Source of the DNA: an uncultured virus (IMG/VR IMGVR_UViG_3300021255_003627)
Taxonomy: Duplodnaviria > Heunggongvirae > Uroviricota > Caudoviricetes
DNA: 20,000 bases
Virus record (IMG/VR): IMGVR_UViG_3300021255_003627
Reading direction: 5' to 3' (one strand)
Part shown: in pieces, positions 16,851-20,000 of the stretch
Numbering within the stretch: position 1 is the stretch's first letter
Layout of the letters: each line of letters opens with the position of its first letter
Program-made: the position numbers and the translations under genes
The notes under the pieces: model-generated
What the model saw: only the letters and a program-made list of their open reading frames with translations
Database searches by the model: none
Told to the model about the DNA's origin: nothing

Positions 16851-17420
16851 ATGAATTTTAACACAAAAGAATACGAAGGTTCAATACTTAAACGTATTGA
16901 CGCCTCTATGAACGAGACGATGGAGAGTCTTTCCAAGTGTGCAAAAACTATTAGCGAGGAAGGGGATAAAACAATAGAAATTCTCATTGAAGAGTCTAGT
17001 CTTAAAGTAGTCCTTGGTGCGCTTAAACTGATTAAGTCAGAACTTATAAGGGCATCCAATATCAACCACAACACAAACAAAGATTACCTTAACACTAACG
17101 TCGAGGAAGTTAAGGTTATGCTTAAACTCGCTAGCGACCATAAAGAAGCGATGGAAGCCTACAAAAAGGCGAACAACGAAGAATTATACGGGAAGGAGGA
17201 GGCAGAACTTGAGGTTATTGAGGCTTTTACCCCAAAGCAGCCGACAAATGAGGAAATTATAGCATTCACCAAAGAAGTCATCGATGAGTACCTATCAACA
17301 AAGGAGGACGGCTACACCCTAACAATTAGGGATATGGGTCAAATTGTCCCGAAGGTAAAGGAAAAATACCCTAACGTCGACGGAAACTTGATTAAAAACA
17401 CTTTAATTGGGAAAAGTTAG
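16851..17420 (+). CDS. yqeY: GatB/YqeY-domain protein
   Basis: LKLIKSEL, EAYKKANNEELYGKEEAELEVIEAFTPKQ and DMGQIV match the YqeY pattern; extra N-terminal segment. Confidence 0.8.
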   Translation: MNFNTKEYEGSILKRIDASMNETMESLSKCAKTISEEGDKTIEILIEESSLKVVLGALKLIKSELIRASNINHNTNKDYLNTNVEEVKVMLKLASDHKEAMEAYKKANNEELYGKEEAELEVIEAFTPKQPTNEEIIAFTKEVIDEYLSTKEDGYTLTIRDMGQIVPKVKEKYPNVDGNLIKNTLIGKS

Positions 17421-17521
17421 CCAACAAGTCATTGATAGACTTCCATAAGAAAATCTTAAAAATTTTGGCTTTTTGAAAACTTACATTTGACCTAAACGTA
17501 GTAAGAGAGCAAACCAAAACT

Positions 17522-17632
17522 ATGACACAAGAAGAAAGAGAAAAAAAGAGACAAGAAACTCTTAGAAAGATGAGAATGTATGGACTACACGCAAGTGAGG
17601 TAGATATTTTGGAAGAAGCGGGAGAATTATGA
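17522..17632 (+). CDS. Small hypothetical protein (36 aa)
   Basis: MTQEEREKKRQETLRKMRMYGLHASEVDILEEAGEL; ATGA overlap with the next gene. Confidence 0.45.
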   Translation: MTQEEREKKRQETLRKMRMYGLHASEVDILEEAGEL

Positions 17633-18141
17633 AACAAGAAGATAAAGAACTTTCATTTATAGATATTAGCGGAAGATTACATTATGGTGTTATAGTCAAT
17701 TATAAAGAAAATGAGTATGACCACCGTGAATGGAAAATTACTACTCTGCACACTCTTAGCTATAGCCAAAGTGGTACTCTAATAGATACAGACTATGATG
17801 GTTGGATTAGTTATGAAGAACACGAAGGATGCGGTATGTCAACTGGTTCAAGACCTTTCCGTTTAGGAGAAGTTCTTCCCTATCTCCGTCCAATGTCTTC
17901 TATGACTGAGGAAGAATGGGAAGAATTAAACTGCATTGGCTACATTGTTCCTTTATATGATGGATGTTTTGGTGTAGATATAAGAGCATATTTAAAAAAT
18001 AATCAGCCGCACTATAGGAGATTTAGTGAATTTTCTACAATAGAGGATTGGTTCAATGCTCATCACTTCGATTATCGCGGACTCATCGAAAAGGGACTTG
18101 CATTGGAAGCACTAGAAGGAATGTATAATATAATAAAATAG
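17629..18141 (+). CDS. Hypothetical phage protein, YLRPMSSMTEEE family, copy 1
   Basis: Paralog of 18828-19313. Confidence 0.8.
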   Translation: MKQEDKELSFIDISGRLHYGVIVNYKENEYDHREWKITTLHTLSYSQSGTLIDTDYDGWISYEEHEGCGMSTGSRPFRLGEVLPYLRPMSSMTEEEWEELNCIGYIVPLYDGCFGVDIRAYLKNNQPHYRRFSEFSTIEDWFNAHHFDYRGLIEKGLALEALEGMYNIIK

Positions 18142-18147
18142 AAATTT

Positions 18148-18282
18148 ATGAAATGTATTAAGTGTGGAGAGGAAATTTCCTCTGATTGGTATTATAAGAA
18201 AAGTGGAAAGTGTGGTTACTATACTTACGTAGGCTATTGTGATACGTGTGAAGACCTTGCAAGATATACTGGAAACTTATAA
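18148..18282 (+). CDS. Small zinc-ribbon protein (44 aa, not in ORF track)
   Basis: MKCIKCG...YCDTCE, two CxxC pairs; fills the gap between flanking genes. Confidence 0.65.
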   Translation: MKCIKCGEEISSDWYYKKSGKCGYYTYVGYCDTCEDLARYTGNL

Positions 18283-18300
18283 ATAGAAATAGAATAAGTT

Positions 18301-18642
18301 ATGACACAGTACATAAATAAAGCCGCAGTAATAGCGGAGATAGAGAGAATTAAGAAAGAAGAATGTCCTACTGATTCCTACGAAGGAAGATGTAAGTTAC
18401 TATGGTTTGAGCAGTTTCTTTCTTTCATCAACACTCTTGAAGTAAAAGAGGTAGACTTGGAATTAGAAAATGAAAATAACAACACTAAGATTGCTATTGG
18501 AACTAAAATCCGTTCAAAGGCAAACCCAGATGTAATTCTGAGAATTATTTCTGACGATTGCCATGAGGATGAGTTTGAGTGTTCAAACGGTAGTGTATTA
18601 TCATTAAAACAAATCGAAAAATATTATGACATCATAATTTAA
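18301..18642 (+). CDS. Hypothetical phage protein
   Basis: 113 aa, same strand and tightly packed. Confidence 0.7.
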   Translation: MTQYINKAAVIAEIERIKKEECPTDSYEGRCKLLWFEQFLSFINTLEVKEVDLELENENNNTKIAIGTKIRSKANPDVILRIISDDCHEDEFECSNGSVLSLKQIEKYYDIII

Positions 18643-18653
18643 ACGGAAAAGAT

Positions 18654-18797
18654 ATGACAATTAATGTTGATAATGGCAAAATTGATAAAGAGTGTGAATT
18701 AAATCGTGTCTATAGTTGCTGTGGTTGCGAACATTATTATGATGAAAGTGATACTGTATGTAAACGTGGTTGTCCACATTATTTTTACTGTATGTAA
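18654..18797 (+). CDS. Small Cys-rich protein (47 aa, not in ORF track)
   Basis: MTINVDNGKIDKECELNRVYSCCGCEHYYDESDTVCKRGCPHYFYCM; 3' end altered by a duplication. Confidence 0.55.
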   Translation: MTINVDNGKIDKECELNRVYSCCGCEHYYDESDTVCKRGCPHYFYCM

Positions 18798-18819
18798 ACG
18801 TGGTTGTACACATTATTTT
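18752..18819 (+). repeat. Tandem duplication, 2 x 34 bp
   Basis: TACTGTATGTAAACGTGGTTGT(C/A)CACATTATTTT at 18752-18785 and 18786-18819, one mismatch. Confidence 0.95.
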
Positions 18820-18827
18820 GGAAAATT

Positions 18828-19313
18828 ATGACACAAGAAGAAAAATCATTGCTACTTCAAGACCTTTGCGGAAGGTTGCCTTATGGGGTAATTGTTAGAC
18901 ACGCCGACCCACTTATTGACAATGATGGCAATGAGACTGGTGAGTTTTGGCATAAAAGGGGATACTTATGTGACGTTACTACATTGGATGATATGACCAC
19001 TACAATAATTGAAAGTGAAGGCAGTGATGAAGAGGGATATGAACATATATGTTTTTTGGAAAGGACTCTGCCATATCTCAGACCAATGTCTTCTATGACA
19101 GAAGAAGAAAAGAAAGAGTTATTGCAAATATCAAATTTTATCTCTGATATTGATGATGATTTTATATATCTTATTGAAAGAGCTTTAATTGATATAGTTG
19201 ACATTGTAAATTTTATCAATTGGCTCAATGCTCATCATTTTGATTATCGCAATCTTATAGAGCGTGGCTTAGCCATTGAAGTAACAGAAGAAAATAACCC
19301 ATATAAAGAATAA
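18828..19313 (+). CDS. Hypothetical phage protein, YLRPMSSMTEEE family, copy 2
   Basis: Shares GRLxYGVIV, PYLRPMSSMTEEE and NAHHFDYRxLIExGLA with 17629-18141. Confidence 0.8.
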   Translation: MTQEEKSLLLQDLCGRLPYGVIVRHADPLIDNDGNETGEFWHKRGYLCDVTTLDDMTTTIIESEGSDEEGYEHICFLERTLPYLRPMSSMTEEEKKELLQISNFISDIDDDFIYLIERALIDIVDIVNFINWLNAHHFDYRNLIERGLAIEVTEENNPYKE

Positions 19314-19318
19314 AAATT

Positions 19319-19513
19319 ATGGAAGAATTAAGAGAATTTAGGGGCTATTGGCACGGAAGATTGTTGTATACGTTTCCACTACATTGGGTGGACAACATTA
19401 AAGTAAAGGATGGCGTAATGATTGTATCTTACTATGATGAGATGCAATATAACACCGAAACAGGAGAAGAACCTCTTGTAGAGATACGAGTAGATGAAAT
19501 CAATGTTAAGTAA
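19319..19513 (+). CDS. Hypothetical protein
   Basis: 64 aa, tightly packed on the + strand. Confidence 0.65.
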   Translation: MEELREFRGYWHGRLLYTFPLHWVDNIKVKDGVMIVSYYDEMQYNTETGEEPLVEIRVDEINVK

Positions 19514-19530
19514 TCATCGTAAATTATACT

Positions 19531-19866
19531 ATGAATAAGATTTGCACCTCAATAGAACAATCAAAAAAACTAATAGAGTTGGGGATTGATAGGAAAACCT
19601 CAGATATGTATTATTGGTGTGGTGAAGACCTAAGAATAGGTGGATATAAGGCACAAGATGAAGAATATGATGTTTCTGCTTGGAGTTTATCAGCACTATT
19701 AGATTTAATGCCAGTATATGGATATTATCCTGAATTATGCAGGGGTAGAGAAACTCATCTATATTATATGTGGATTGAAGATACGTTTGACACTCAAACA
19801 TTTGATAATCCTATTGATGCGGCATTTGAAATGGTTTGTTGGATATTAGAAAATAAGAAGATATGA
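19531..19866 (+). CDS. Hypothetical phage protein (TSIEQSKKL...AWSLSALL type)
   Basis: 111 aa; ATGA overlap with the next gene. Confidence 0.75.
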   Translation: MNKICTSIEQSKKLIELGIDRKTSDMYYWCGEDLRIGGYKAQDEEYDVSAWSLSALLDLMPVYGYYPELCRGRETHLYYMWIEDTFDTQTFDNPIDAAFEMVCWILENKKI

Positions 19867-20000
19867 TTATAGAAGATTATTGCTCTTATGAAGTAGCCAA
19901 GCTGCTTAAAGAGAAAGGATTCAATGTTCCTTTGTGGCTTTATTATGACCAGAATAAAGAAATAATATTAGCATCTTGGAGTGGATGGGAAGAAGATTGG
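19863..20000 (+). CDS. Hypothetical phage protein, 3'-truncated by window edge
   Basis: MIIEDYCSYEVAKLLKEKGF..., frame open to the window end. Confidence 0.65.
   Translation, partial: MIIEDYCSYEVAKLLKEKGFNVPLWLYYDQNKEIILASWSGWEEDW

Noticed and set aside
18752..18819. CRISPR-like repeats
   Set aside because: Two directly adjacent copies with no spacer and no cas genes.
1..20000. TAG-to-Gln recoding as in Lak and some crAss-like phages
   Set aside because: Long genes are intact under code 11, and RtcB ends at TAG right after its natural NIKA C-terminus.

Overview
Segment of a large, AT-rich dsDNA phage genome, most likely infecting Bacteroidales (Prevotella-like). The evidence is six TTTG-N19/20-TAnnTTTG-type promoters, host-like OmpA and fimbrillin lipoprotein genes, and dense small paralogous phage-type ORFs. 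It appears to use the standard code, with TAG as stop. The left part is an RNA-repair region: an ATP-dependent RNA ligase and an rtcB gene split exactly in its catalytic GG|NH motif by a 908-nt group I intron (2821-3728) carrying a two-motif LAGLIDADG homing endonuclease. The middle has SSB, TelA, an S24/S26-type peptidase, a YxxP-leader small peptide and a fimbrillin-like lipoprotein. An ORF-free RNA island (11240-12270) holds three things: an unidentified ~215-nt structured RNA, a tRNA-Leu(UAA) interrupted by a 506-nt ORF-less group I intron at the cyanobacterial/plastid trnL position, and a tRNA-His(GUG) with a rewired D-/T-loop. The right part has OmpA, YqeY and modular or paralogous hypothetical proteins. 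All family calls come from motif recognition by eye; no searches were run.
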